NCBI GenBank assembly: GCA_046704385.1
Contig: JBJKSB010000088.1
Location: 6,931-70,930, forward strand
Source: Bacteroidales bacterium
Lineage (GTDB): Bacteria > Bacteroidota > Bacteroidia > Bacteroidales > SZUA-534
Reading direction: 5' to 3'
Length of the DNA: 64,000 bases
In this document: positions 1-9,302 of the stretch, piece by piece
How the letters are laid out: each line of letters starts with the position of its first letter
Numbering within the stretch: position 1 is the first letter of the stretch
The notes under the pieces: model-generated
Told to the model about the DNA's origin: nothing
Database searches by the model: none
Seen by the model: only the letters and a program-made list of their open reading frames with translations
Made by a program: the position numbers and the translations under genes

Positions 1-254
1 AAATCCAGTTCTTTGGTAAAAGGTTCAAAACCTATAAAATTAATTTTAAGATGTTGTTTCCCGGTTTCGTGTGTGGTGAAACTGAAATTTCCGTTAGCAT
101 CGCTGGTGGTACCATCATAAGTTCCGTCCAGGTAAATATTGGCACCAGTCAATAATTGTCCATTGGAGTCTTTGATAACCCCTGCAATTTTAGTCTGAGC
201 TATCAGACCAAAACCAGATATTAAGGTTAAAAGAATTGTAATTGCTTTTTTCAT
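1..254 (-). CDS. TonB-dependent receptor, N-terminal part (runs off window edge)
   Basis: Not in ORF track. Manual translation from ATG at 254 gives MKKAITILLTLISGFGLIAQTKIAGVIKDSNGQLLTGANIYLDGTYDGTTSDANGNFSF...INFIGFE, i.e. signal peptide plus CarboxypepD_reg-like domain typical of Bacteroidota TBDRs. Confidence 0.8.
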   Translation of the reverse strand, partial: MKKAITILLTLISGFGLIAQTKIAGVIKDSNGQLLTGANIYLDGTYDGTTSDANGNFSFTTHETGKQHLKINFIGFEPFTKELD

Positions 255-450
255 TTCGTATGGATTTGCATCATTTACGATACAAATCTGCGCCAAAAGC
301 CTGAAGGATAAAAAACTGACTTACCGAAATGTTGAATTTGCAGGATGAATTGTAGAAAGAGGGATGGAGTTTTTGCTTCTTTTTTAAAAATTGCTTAACA
401 CTAATAATGTAGACAAAACAAATGATGAATGGCCTGTTAATTTCGTCGCA

Positions 451-478
451 CTTGCCCGACTGGGTCATTCAGGCGGGT
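451..478. repeat. REP-like palindromic repeat (related copy at 1273-1295)
   Basis: cttgcccgactgggtcattcaggcgggt; its reverse complement resembles cctgcttgaacctgtcgggcagg at 1273-1295. Confidence 0.5.
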
Positions 479-536
479 GATACTCCAGATTTTCATCACA
501 ACAGGATACTTACGACGATTTTTTTGTGTCCTAAAT

Positions 537-630
537 AACCCGGGGCGACAACAACTTCGATAAGTTCAACTTACGCTCACTTACCTCGTTTTTTTTGCCC
601 CGGGCTAAAGTGTATCGCCCCTTCAGGGCT
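537..630. repeat. REP-like composite palindrome
   Basis: cccggggc (539-546) / gccccggg (597-604) inverted pair followed by gccccttcagggc hairpin (617-629); GC-rich in AT-rich intergenic DNA. Confidence 0.6.
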
Positions 631-656
631 GTTTATTTACGTGAGTAACAATAGGT

Positions 657-819
657 TCGGGGCGCGACTAAAACCTAAAATCCGCAGGTTTCTTTCACAA
701 TTGGTTGATAGTCATCGGATGACAACTAAAATAAAAGCACCAAAAGAATTGAACTAATTACCTAAAAATCAACAATTCATCCGATGACTTACGGAAATAA
801 GGTAAAAGTCGCACTCCGA
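657..819. mobile_element. MITE-like element, copy 1 (second copy at 47916-48073)
   Basis: Imperfect terminal IRs tcggggcgcgact / agtcgcactccga, internal gtcatcggatgac-type palindromes; interior clearly aligns to the reverse complement of 47916-48073. Confidence 0.75.
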
Positions 820-841
820 TTAATTGATTCTTTACCTGATT

Positions 842-1216
842 CTAGTGATGGTGATGATGACCTTCACCATGATGGTGATTGTGTGTTTCACACATTACCA
901 TGGAATCCTTTACATTTCCGGCTAAATACTCATTTACCAGGGTATTAACATCACCGGAACAACCCCTGATTACCTGGATATTTGAACTGACCAGCTTATT
1001 AAAAGCACCCTGACCCATGTTACCAGCCAGCATCAGTTCAACTCCTTTTGCACTTAAATCGTGTACAATATCCGACTTGCATCCGCATCCTTGTAATGAA
1101 GGTACTAATTCGCTGTTTGTTACCTTATTATCTTCAATAGTGAATACACTAAAATATTCACAGTGACCAAAGTGGCCATCTACTACATTTTGTTTTGTTG
1201 GAACTGCTATTTTCAT
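842..1216 (-). CDS. NifB/NifX (FeMo-cofactor-binding) family protein with His-rich C-terminus
   Basis: MKIAVPT...VDGHFGHCEYF, GCGCK, AGNMGQGA motifs; tail HNHHHGEGHHHHH. Confidence 0.85.
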   Translation of the reverse strand: MKIAVPTKQNVVDGHFGHCEYFSVFTIEDNKVTNSELVPSLQGCGCKSDIVHDLSAKGVELMLAGNMGQGAFNKLVSSNIQVIRGCSGDVNTLVNEYLAGNVKDSMVMCETHNHHHGEGHHHHH

Positions 1217-1367
1217 GATTTTTTGTTTTATTATTTAATATCGTATACTCCTAAATCCTCTAAATCGTTAAGCCTGCTTGAACCTGTCGGGCAGGGTAAT
1301 AAAATACTATATCAATTTTTTAGCACCCTTTACCCTCCCGAAACTAGTTCGGGACAGGTCGTCGGGA

Positions 1368-1518
1368 GGGGCTGTCTCAAAAGTAATTTTTTACCCCTAA
1401 GACACAAAGGCCTAAAATTCTCAAATTCGTAATGCACTAATATATACCGCTTTGTGTTTCTTGGTGTCTTTGTGGTTTTGGACCTTTTTATTCATTTTAA
1501 TTCTTTTGAGACAGCCCC
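1368..1518. mobile_element. 151-bp MITE with perfect 16-bp terminal inverted repeats
   Basis: GGGGCTGTCTCAAAAG (1368-1383) and CTTTTGAGACAGCCCC (1503-1518); no credible coding content. Confidence 0.75.
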
Positions 1519-1619
1519 ATGTTTAATAACGAGGCCTCATTTTCAAATTAATCTTTATCTCAATCTAACTATCCATAACATTACAACTAATACTAAAGGG
1601 GAATCCCCTGCGCTATTAA

Positions 1620-1910
1620 TTATTGTTCTTTTTTTACATTATCAATTTTAATGGCCTTGCCGTTTACCAAACCATCGGCAATTTTTTTATGGGCTTCTGC
1701 AATTATTCGTCCAAATGTTTGCCTTGATATCTGCATACTTTGTGCTGCCTCTTCCTGGTATAAACCCTCTAAATCAGCTAATCGGACTGCCTCAAATTCA
1801 TCAATGGACAGGACCACCGATTCCAGATCTTTCATTGGTATACCTGCCGGTTTGTAAAAAGTAACATCAGGATCACAACAAATATTTCTGAAACATTTCT
1901 TTCTTGGCAT
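1620..1910 (-). CDS. DUF134 domain DNA-binding protein
   Basis: MPRKKCFR...YKPAG...DEFEAVRLADLEGLYQEEAAQSMQISRQTFGRIIAEAHKKIADGLVNGKAIKI family signature. Confidence 0.9.
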   Translation of the reverse strand: MPRKKCFRNICCDPDVTFYKPAGIPMKDLESVVLSIDEFEAVRLADLEGLYQEEAAQSMQISRQTFGRIIAEAHKKIADGLVNGKAIKIDNVKKEQ

Positions 1911-1951
1911 ATGCTCATTATTTTGAGTACAAATATAAGCATATGCTCAAA
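1905..1951 (-). promoter_or_regulatory. Promoter -7 element (TATATTTG, 1937-1930) flanked by two GCATATGC palindromes; putative DUF134 operators
   Basis: GCATATGCTCA at 1907-1917 (overlapping the start codon) and 1939-1949; Bacteroidota TAnnTTTG between them. Confidence 0.6.
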
Positions 1952-1999
1952 ATAAATTATGAATTTTACAAATTATCATTAAAAAAATATAACTGATTT

Positions 2000-2028
2000 T
2001 TTGTTTAAGTCTGATATATATATATTTG
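2000..2028 (+). promoter_or_regulatory. Bacteroidota housekeeping promoter for the TBDR at 2102
   Basis: TTTG (2000-2003) and TATATTTG (2021-2028). Confidence 0.5.
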
Positions 2029-2101
2029 CGTTAACAACTGAATATTGACCTAATAACGAACATTTTCCTTTTGGAAAAAAATCAGGAAATAGTTAAAAAC
2101 T

Positions 2102-4444
2102 ATGAGATTAATTTATTTTGCCATTTTCTTTATTGGTGCTCATGTTTGTTTTGCCCAGACTAAAACCATTCAAGGTTATGTAACTGATAGTTTAACAAGA
2201 GAATCTTTGGTAAATGCCAATATTTACACTCGGGACTATAAACATGCCACCTCAACAAACAACTTTGGATTCTTTTCGCTGAATGTACCTGAAACTGAGC
2301 AAATCCTTAAAATTTCGTATGTTGGTTACACTACCAAGGAGGTTGCCCTATTGGAATTTAGACCCGGTGAAATTTTCCATATAAAACTTACTGCCAATTC
2401 GTTACTACAGGAAATAAATGTAAAAGCCAATACCTTTCGTGAAGAAATCTCTTTGCATCGGCTTGGCATTAATGAACTTTCGGCTAAAAAGGTTGAAAAC
2501 CTGCCAGGGGTATTGGGTGAGCCGGATATATTAAGAGCCATTCAGAATATGCCCGGAGTTCAATCCGGCAATTTAGGGACTACGGGATTATTTGTACGAG
2601 GGGCTGATCCAGGACAGAGTTTGATATTGCTCGATGGTGTACCCCTTTACAATATCAATCACTTATACGGTATATATTCGGTATTTAATGGTGATGCCTT
2701 AAACAGCGCTGTCCTTTATAAAGGAGGATTTCCTGCCAGGTATGGAGGCCGGTCGTCAGCCATTTTGGATGTTACCATGCGAGAAGGGAGAAGCGACAAA
2801 ATAGGAATACAGGGAAGCCTGGGTATACTTGCCTCACACATATTAATTGAAGGTCCCCTGATAAAAAACAAGCTTACCTTCTTGGTTTCAGCTCGCAGGA
2901 CTTATTTCGACCTTTTTAGTAATGCCATCTTAAAACATAAATACCCTGATCCTAAAAACAGGGTTTACACCGGTTACCATTTTTACGATGCAACCTGTAA
3001 AATAAATTACCGGTTTAACGACCAGCACAGAATTTTTGCCAGCTTTTACGGGGGCAATGACTTTTTATACAATAACGAATATAAGAATAATGACACTGTT
3101 AATGACAACTTTACCAGTGAATTGAAATGGGGTAATGCAACCGGCACCATACGTTATAATTATACGGCAAAAAACGGTTTGTTCCTAAATGCGCAGGTAT
3201 ATTCCACACATTATTTTTACAGCCAGGTGGCTGACCACACCAATATTTACCCGGAGGAAAACATTTATACCCGGGTAAACAAGGATAATTTTAAATCGAA
3301 TATTCGCGATTACGGGGCATTGCTTTTTGTTAATAAAGCTTTTAACAACCATGATGTACAGGCTGGTTTTAGTGCAGTACAACATAATTTCAAACCTTCA
3401 GATGGGACCATTTCAAGATTCGATGGATACTCTCCCCCTTACGATACCTCTTTCACTCAGGGAACTTTCAATATTACCGATCTTAATGCATATGCAGAAG
3501 ATAAGATAAAACTAGGCGAAAAATTTACTGCCACATTTGGTTTACGGCTGGTACTAAATGATACCAAAGAAAAAAACCTGCAGGCAGAACCACGAATACA
3601 ACTGCAATTACTGGCAACTGATAATCTTTCGTTTAAAACGGGGTATGCCCGTGTAACCCAGAATAGCTTTTTAATATCTACAAACAGCATGATTTCGCCA
3701 GCTGATTTATGGGTATTCAAAACTCAAAACATGAAACCATTGATAGGTAACCAGGTAGATTTTGGCGTAACTACTTCACTTTTTAACGAGATAAAAATGA
3801 CCTTTGAAACTTACTACAAAAAGCTGGATAATGTACCGGGTGTTTTGGAAGGGAAAAAAATTGACCGGCTGGATAACTGGGAAACCAATATTGTACAGGG
3901 CCAGGGTGAAGCCTATGGTTTTGAAAGCATGATTGAACGTCGTTATGGTAAAATTAACGGCTTTATTGGTTACACTCTGGCTTACAGCAACAGACAATTC
4001 AAAGAATTAAATAATGGGAGGCCCTACCGTTTCAAATACGATCGCAGGCACAATATTTCTGTAGTAGTCTCGTACAAACTTACCCGACGATTGGAAGTAA
4101 ATGCCGTTTGGAATTTTGCTTCAGGCAGCCTGGTATCGTTATATACTCAGAAATATAAAAGCTCAGCTGATTATTATGATACAGACCTGGATCATTTGTA
4201 TCCGGGAGGAACCAGATTATATGCAGCCAGTAAAAATAATTATGAATTACCCCCTTTTCATCAGCTTGACCTTGGTTTTACATTCACCAAACAAAAGAAA
4301 AGAGGCACTATTAAATGGAATTATGGTATTTATAATGTATATAACCGGGTTAATCCTTTTTATATTACCATTGAGCAGGAGCATTACTTCATGAATGGGG
4401 CTCTGCCCATTCTACCCTATGTAAGCTATACTTTCAAATTTTAA
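2102..4444 (+). CDS. TonB-dependent receptor
   Basis: Signal peptide, CarboxypepD_reg-like N-terminus, plug motifs (GEPDILRAIQNMPGV, VRG, LLDGVP, KGGFPARYGGR), C-terminal F. Confidence 0.92.
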   Translation: MRLIYFAIFFIGAHVCFAQTKTIQGYVTDSLTRESLVNANIYTRDYKHATSTNNFGFFSLNVPETEQILKISYVGYTTKEVALLEFRPGEIFHIKLTANSLLQEINVKANTFREEISLHRLGINELSAKKVENLPGVLGEPDILRAIQNMPGVQSGNLGTTGLFVRGADPGQSLILLDGVPLYNINHLYGIYSVFNGDALNSAVLYKGGFPARYGGRSSAILDVTMREGRSDKIGIQGSLGILASHILIEGPLIKNKLTFLVSARRTYFDLFSNAILKHKYPDPKNRVYTGYHFYDATCKINYRFNDQHRIFASFYGGNDFLYNNEYKNNDTVNDNFTSELKWGNATGTIRYNYTAKNGLFLNAQVYSTHYFYSQVADHTNIYPEENIYTRVNKDNFKSNIRDYGALLFVNKAFNNHDVQAGFSAVQHNFKPSDGTISRFDGYSPPYDTSFTQGTFNITDLNAYAEDKIKLGEKFTATFGLRLVLNDTKEKNLQAEPRIQLQLLATDNLSFKTGYARVTQNSFLISTNSMISPADLWVFKTQNMKPLIGNQVDFGVTTSLFNEIKMTFETYYKKLDNVPGVLEGKKIDRLDNWETNIVQGQGEAYGFESMIERRYGKINGFIGYTLAYSNRQFKELNNGRPYRFKYDRRHNISVVVSYKLTRRLEVNAVWNFASGSLVSLYTQKYKSSADYYDTDLDHLYPGGTRLYAASKNNYELPPFHQLDLGFTFTKQKKRGTIKWNYGIYNVYNRVNPFYITIEQEHYFMNGALPILPYVSYTFKF

Positions 4445-4448
4445 AATC

Positions 4449-5471
4449 ATGAAAAAAACCTGTTTGTTTTTATATAGTATTTTACTGTTCTGGGCCTGCG
4501 AACCCATTCCCTTTGATTTAAATGTAAACCAGAACAATTCAATGTGCGCCAGTTTTTATAGTGACAATTCTCCCTCGTTTGCCATCTATTACACCTCAGG
4601 GATATTCAGTCATGACACCCCTGTACCCATCGAGGGTGTTACCCTAAAAGTTTGGGAGGATAATATACTAATACCGGATTTCAATTTTACTGATCAAATG
4701 AGCTATATGAACCCTGAGTTTAAACCCAAACCAGGAGCCCAATATAAAATTAAAGCAGAGATGGTTGAAGGAGATCCCTTACTTTGTAACTTCACTATGC
4801 CCGGGCTGGTTAAGTTTGATGTATTAAATTTTGAAACTGAGGAAGTTGTTGTAAATCATTATCAGGAATATTACGATACAATTTATCAGACAAGTTATTC
4901 AGGAATTACAGATAGCATTATTTTTATAGAATACCACGAAGCCCGTAATGATACTGTGGTAAAAATAAATATGGCCTTAAAAATTAATGATCCGCAAAAT
5001 ACAACGGACTATTATTATTTAATCCCTGGAACCATTGGTATATTTGACTCAAACATCAAACCACATTATACCACATTAGGACCTGTGGAAGAGGATAACA
5101 ACGGCTTTTACTCAATACCTATGTTTGCCGATGATATTATAAATGAACAGAACAATATTGTAAAATTTTCAGCCTATTACGGACCCAGAGATTCTGTACG
5201 AATTGAATTGAGTCATTTTGATGAATTTACTTACAATTTTAACATAAAAACATTTTTATACAGAGCTGCTCTCAATCCTGCTGTTAATGACAATAACACT
5301 GCCCTGATGGACTTTTTTAAACCCGCAGGTATACCCGAAACAGAACCGGTGATACTTCCTCAGAATGTTGAAAACGGCATAGGAGTTATCACATCATATT
5401 CAGTTTATAAACAATCTTTTGCATTTGATCTACCCCCGGAAAGTGAATGGAAATTTATTAATAAAAACTAA
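4449..5471 (+). CDS. DUF4249-like lipoprotein partner of the TBDR
   Basis: Lipobox WAC, INDP..TDYY motif, C-terminal LPQNVENGIGV; directly downstream of the TBDR. Confidence 0.7.
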   Translation: MKKTCLFLYSILLFWACEPIPFDLNVNQNNSMCASFYSDNSPSFAIYYTSGIFSHDTPVPIEGVTLKVWEDNILIPDFNFTDQMSYMNPEFKPKPGAQYKIKAEMVEGDPLLCNFTMPGLVKFDVLNFETEEVVVNHYQEYYDTIYQTSYSGITDSIIFIEYHEARNDTVVKINMALKINDPQNTTDYYYLIPGTIGIFDSNIKPHYTTLGPVEEDNNGFYSIPMFADDIINEQNNIVKFSAYYGPRDSVRIELSHFDEFTYNFNIKTFLYRAALNPAVNDNNTALMDFFKPAGIPETEPVILPQNVENGIGVITSYSVYKQSFAFDLPPESEWKFINKN

Positions 5472-5501
5472 AAAAACGGAGCCTGAAAACTTCAAACCCC
5501 G
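5470..5501 (-). terminator. Intrinsic terminator after ftsZ
   Basis: Minus strand CGGGGTTTGAAGTTTTCAGGCTCCG hairpin (with G-U pairs) followed by a T run. Confidence 0.6.
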
Positions 5502-5527
5502 CTCTTATCTATATACACCGACCCTAA

Positions 5528-7042
5528 CTAGTCAACATTATCAAATAAAAATGAATTTTCGTTACTGATACGGGTCACCCCTTCTTCATCGGTTAAAGTG
5601 AAGCGCGATATTTCTTTTTCTTCTGTGTCGCTTTCTTCCATATCTTCGAGCCGTACTTTTTTGCGTTTAAAAGCCGGTTCATTCTCAAGCTCCTCAATAT
5701 CGCTTTCGTTTTTATACGATACTTTGGGTTTTTGCATTTTGTTTACCTTAATGCTCTCTTCAGCATCACCTGAAACAATTCCAAGGTCGAGCTGCTTAGC
5801 AGCCGTCTTTTTGGTATCTGACTTATCTTCCCCGAAAAGCTCAAATCTTTCAACCTTCTCAATGGGTTCATTGTCAGTAAAATCAAAAAGTTCTTCTTCC
5901 TTTTTAGGTTCTTCTTTATCGTAAATTTCAAAAGGAATATCCTCGCCTTCCAGCTTTTCATATATTTTTTCGTCAATCGGGGGCTTTTCATCTTCATCCC
6001 TTTTTATTTCGTGCAGCGGAACGGAAATTTTTTGTTCAGCCTCGTGAGCAACCAACTCCGGAATACTTTCGGTTCCAAAACCGGTAGCAATAATGGTAAT
6101 ACAAATTTTATCGCCCAGCGAGGTGTCAAGGGTATTCCCCCAAATAATATCGGCAGTCATTCCGGCTGATTCCTGCACATAATCGGTAATTTGTCCTATT
6201 TCGTCCATACGAACCTCATCATCAGGACCTGAGGCAATATTGAGCAATATATTTTTTGCTCCTTTTATATCATTATTATTTAATAATGGTGAACTCAGCG
6301 CTTCTTCAATGGCCAGCGTGGCACGGTTTTCGCCTGATGCCATTGCCGATCCCATTAATGCCACACCACTGTTTGACATTACCGTATGAACATCCGCAAA
6401 GTCAACATTCACCGAACCATGAACCGTAATAATTTCAGCAATTCCTTTGGCTGCAACGGTTAATACATTATCAGCCTGCGCAAATGCCGTCGACAGAGGT
6501 AAATCGCCATACATTTCACGCAATTTTTCATTGTTAATCACCAGTAAGGCATCCACTTGTTCACGCATTTTGTTTAACCCTTCAATAGCCTGGTTCATGC
6601 GCCTTTTCCCTTCAAAGCGAAATGGCAGGGTAACAATCCCCACTGTGAGTATACCTAAATCGCGAGCTTCCTCAGCAATTACAGGAGCTGCACCGGTTCC
6701 GGTTCCGCCGCCCATACCTGCGGTTATAAAAACCATTTTAGTATTGTGCGATAAGATATCCGTAATTTTATCCAGACTTTCAATAGCTGCCTGCCTGCCC
6801 TGTTCCGGTTTATTTCCTGCACCTCTGCCTTGTGTCAGGGTTTCGCCCAACTGTATTTTTATGGGTATTTCGCTGCTTCGCAATGCCTGAGCATCGGTAT
6901 TGCAAATTACAAAGTCAACATCAGTAATTCCCTGGCGGAACATATGATTTACTGCATTTCCACCACCTCCACCTACTCCTATCACTTTAATAATGGAACT
7001 CTTGTTGTGGGGTAAATCAAAATTCATCAGTTCTTCAGCCAT
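5528..7042 (-). CDS. ftsZ: Cell division protein FtsZ
   Basis: IKVIGVGGGGGNAVN, GMGGGTGTG, NVDFAD; Bacteroidota C-terminus NSFLFDNVD. Confidence 0.99.
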   Translation of the reverse strand: MAEELMNFDLPHNKSSIIKVIGVGGGGGNAVNHMFRQGITDVDFVICNTDAQALRSSEIPIKIQLGETLTQGRGAGNKPEQGRQAAIESLDKITDILSHNTKMVFITAGMGGGTGTGAAPVIAEEARDLGILTVGIVTLPFRFEGKRRMNQAIEGLNKMREQVDALLVINNEKLREMYGDLPLSTAFAQADNVLTVAAKGIAEIITVHGSVNVDFADVHTVMSNSGVALMGSAMASGENRATLAIEEALSSPLLNNNDIKGAKNILLNIASGPDDEVRMDEIGQITDYVQESAGMTADIIWGNTLDTSLGDKICITIIATGFGTESIPELVAHEAEQKISVPLHEIKRDEDEKPPIDEKIYEKLEGEDIPFEIYDKEEPKKEEELFDFTDNEPIEKVERFELFGEDKSDTKKTAAKQLDLGIVSGDAEESIKVNKMQKPKVSYKNESDIEELENEPAFKRKKVRLEDMEESDTEEKEISRFTLTDEEGVTRISNENSFLFDNVD

Positions 7043-7167
7043 TTTTTTTAATTTTTTAGTTTATCAGCTTATCCAACGCCTAAATATTTTAACAGTTTCA
7101 GGCGACAGGTTAACTTCTCACCTGAAAAGTAACCCGCCTTCCTTTAACTGTGAACTACCTGCAAGTC

Positions 7168-8511
7168 TTACATTTGTTGGTCATCCACTTCAAAGAATTC
7201 ACCCAGTTTATCGAACAAGGTTGCTATTTTCTTTTTCTGTGGCTTTTTATCCTCAACTTGTTTTTCTTCAGTAACTAATTCCACTTCGGGCTCTGTCTTA
7301 ACCTGTTTCTCCTGTTTAATTTCAGACTTTTGCTCAACGCAACAAGGGCCTTTTTCAACAAATCCGGTAAGCATCAACCCGACTGCTGTTGCAAACATCG
7401 GTTGATTTACTTCCTCTACTACCTGACTTTGAACACTTTGGTTAGGCACACCAACCCGCACATCCATGCCTGTTTTAAAAGCCACCAACTGGCTAAGGTT
7501 TTTAAGCAAGGCTCCACCACCTGTCAGCACAATACCAGCCCCTAACTGCTGCAACATTCCTGAAGCTTCCACTTCAAAATAAATCTGGGCAATAATTTCC
7601 TCCATCCTTGACTGGATTATATGAGCCAGATTTTTAAAACTTATTTCTTTTGGTGGCCTTCCGTTAATACCAGGAATACTAACCACTTTATTTTCCTGGG
7701 CTTTATCGGCTAACGACGAGCCATATTTCACTTTTAATTGCTCGGCATAGCGTTCCAAAATGTTGCAGCCCTGTTTAATATCCTGGGTAACAATATTTCC
7801 ACCAAAAGGAATCACTGCCGTATGGCGGATGATACCATCATAAAAAACTGCTACATCGGTAGTACCACCACCAATATCAACCAGTGCCACTCCAATTTCT
7901 TTCTCATCTTCAGTTAAAACTGCATCGGACGAGGCCAAAGGTTCCAGAACGAGGCGCTTTACATTTATTCCTGCACGATTCACGCATTTTTTAATATTAT
8001 TAGCCGCTGCTGTTTGCCCGATTACAATATGGAAGTTTGCCTCCAAACGCTTGCCGAACATCCCGACAGGGTTTTTAACGCCGGTTTCGTTATCCACAAT
8101 AAAACTTTGTGGCAAAACATGGATAATTTCCTCACCAACATCGATAGGAATTTTATGCATATCGTCAACCAGGGCTTGTACATCTTCCTTTGAAATTTCT
8201 TCATCGTACGAATCACGATTGATATACCCACGATTCCTGATGCTGCGTATATGCTGACCGGCAATACCTACATATGCATCTGTAATACGTACACCAGCCT
8301 GCGATTCGGCGATATCCACTGCCTGCCTGATGGCATTTACGGTTTGCTCAATATTGAGAACAACCCCGCGTTTCACTCCTGTGGAACGGGTGTTGCCATA
8401 GCCCAAAATATCAATTTTCCCCGACTCATTTTTCCTTCCAATGATAGCTACTATTTTGGTTGTACCTATGTCAATTGCTGCTACTATTTTTTCTTTTGGG
8501 TTCATACTCAT
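7168..8511 (-). CDS. ftsA: Cell division protein FtsA
   Basis: AIDIGTTKI, LVDIGGGTTD, GIVLTGGGA actin-fold motifs; upstream of ftsZ. Confidence 0.98.
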   Translation of the reverse strand: MSMNPKEKIVAAIDIGTTKIVAIIGRKNESGKIDILGYGNTRSTGVKRGVVLNIEQTVNAIRQAVDIAESQAGVRITDAYVGIAGQHIRSIRNRGYINRDSYDEEISKEDVQALVDDMHKIPIDVGEEIIHVLPQSFIVDNETGVKNPVGMFGKRLEANFHIVIGQTAAANNIKKCVNRAGINVKRLVLEPLASSDAVLTEDEKEIGVALVDIGGGTTDVAVFYDGIIRHTAVIPFGGNIVTQDIKQGCNILERYAEQLKVKYGSSLADKAQENKVVSIPGINGRPPKEISFKNLAHIIQSRMEEIIAQIYFEVEASGMLQQLGAGIVLTGGGALLKNLSQLVAFKTGMDVRVGVPNQSVQSQVVEEVNQPMFATAVGLMLTGFVEKGPCCVEQKSEIKQEKQVKTEPEVELVTEEKQVEDKKPQKKKIATLFDKLGEFFEVDDQQM

Positions 8512-9302
8512 TATCTTTTAGTACAAATTACCTGATTATTATATTTTAAGTTTATTGTCTTATATTTATTCCATCCGGCCTTCGGAAAGCCTTGTGTATA
8601 AAGCGCTTTTAAGTTGTTAAATTTGGTGATGTAATGATCAATTCCGCCAAATTCAATTATATGAGTCCCTACACGAGGAACCAACTCATACTCGTTACCA
8701 TTCACATAAATTTGCTCGATCTGGGCCCTCCAGAATTCGTCACGATAAATATAGCTGGCCAGTTGATACAAATCAAGTAGTAGTGCATTAGAGTTATCCA
8801 CAGACTTATCACCAATTTCAGACTTTTGTACGGCGAGTAATTTTGTGTAATTCAGGTTTATATTACCTGATGCAATAAGTACATGGGCTGTGTATTTCGA
8901 TGATAACGGCATGATTTTACCTTCATCGTCAATATAGAAACTCTCACGGTTTTTGCTAATGATCCGCAGTATTGGATTTCGTTGTGTAATATTAATTTGA
9001 ACGGTACCCTGCACCGTACGAAACACATTTGCTTCCTTAACCGATGGATGTAATTTTAAGAATTCCTCCAGCTTATTTTCATTGATACTGTTCACCGGTT
9101 GACCAATCAACGATTCTTTTTTATCGTTCAACATGGTAATTACATCATTTTCCTCGATAAAATAATTATGTGTTTTGTCGAGTACATTAACCTTCACATC
9201 CTTGCATTTAATTTCCTGCTTTTTGGCGGCAATTAAAGGCAATAACACCAGAATGTAAACTATAATGGTTACCCAGGGCAATATTTGTTTTAGTTTAGTC
9301 AT
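8511..9302 (-). CDS. ftsQ: Cell division protein FtsQ/DivIB
   Basis: N-terminal TM, POTRA region, C-terminal GWNKYKTINLKYNNQVICTK typical of Bacteroidota FtsQ; TAATG coupling to ftsA. Confidence 0.92.
   Translation of the reverse strand: MTKLKQILPWVTIIVYILVLLPLIAAKKQEIKCKDVKVNVLDKTHNYFIEENDVITMLNDKKESLIGQPVNSINENKLEEFLKLHPSVKEANVFRTVQGTVQINITQRNPILRIISKNRESFYIDDEGKIMPLSSKYTAHVLIASGNINLNYTKLLAVQKSEIGDKSVDNSNALLLDLYQLASYIYRDEFWRAQIEQIYVNGNEYELVPRVGTHIIEFGGIDHYITKFNNLKALYTQGFPKAGWNKYKTINLKYNNQVICTKR

Noticed and set aside
271-468. 65-aa ORF upstream of the first TBDR
   Set aside because: No recognisable motif; overlaps the promoter region and a REP-like palindrome.
1163-1651. ORFs 1163..1432 and 1454..1651
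   Set aside because: They run through the MITE/REP sequences and antisense to real genes; spurious.
7043-7167. Imperfect IR (ttcaggcga / tcacctgaa) between ftsA and ftsZ
   Set aside because: Short and imperfect; cannot be told from chance or assigned a function.
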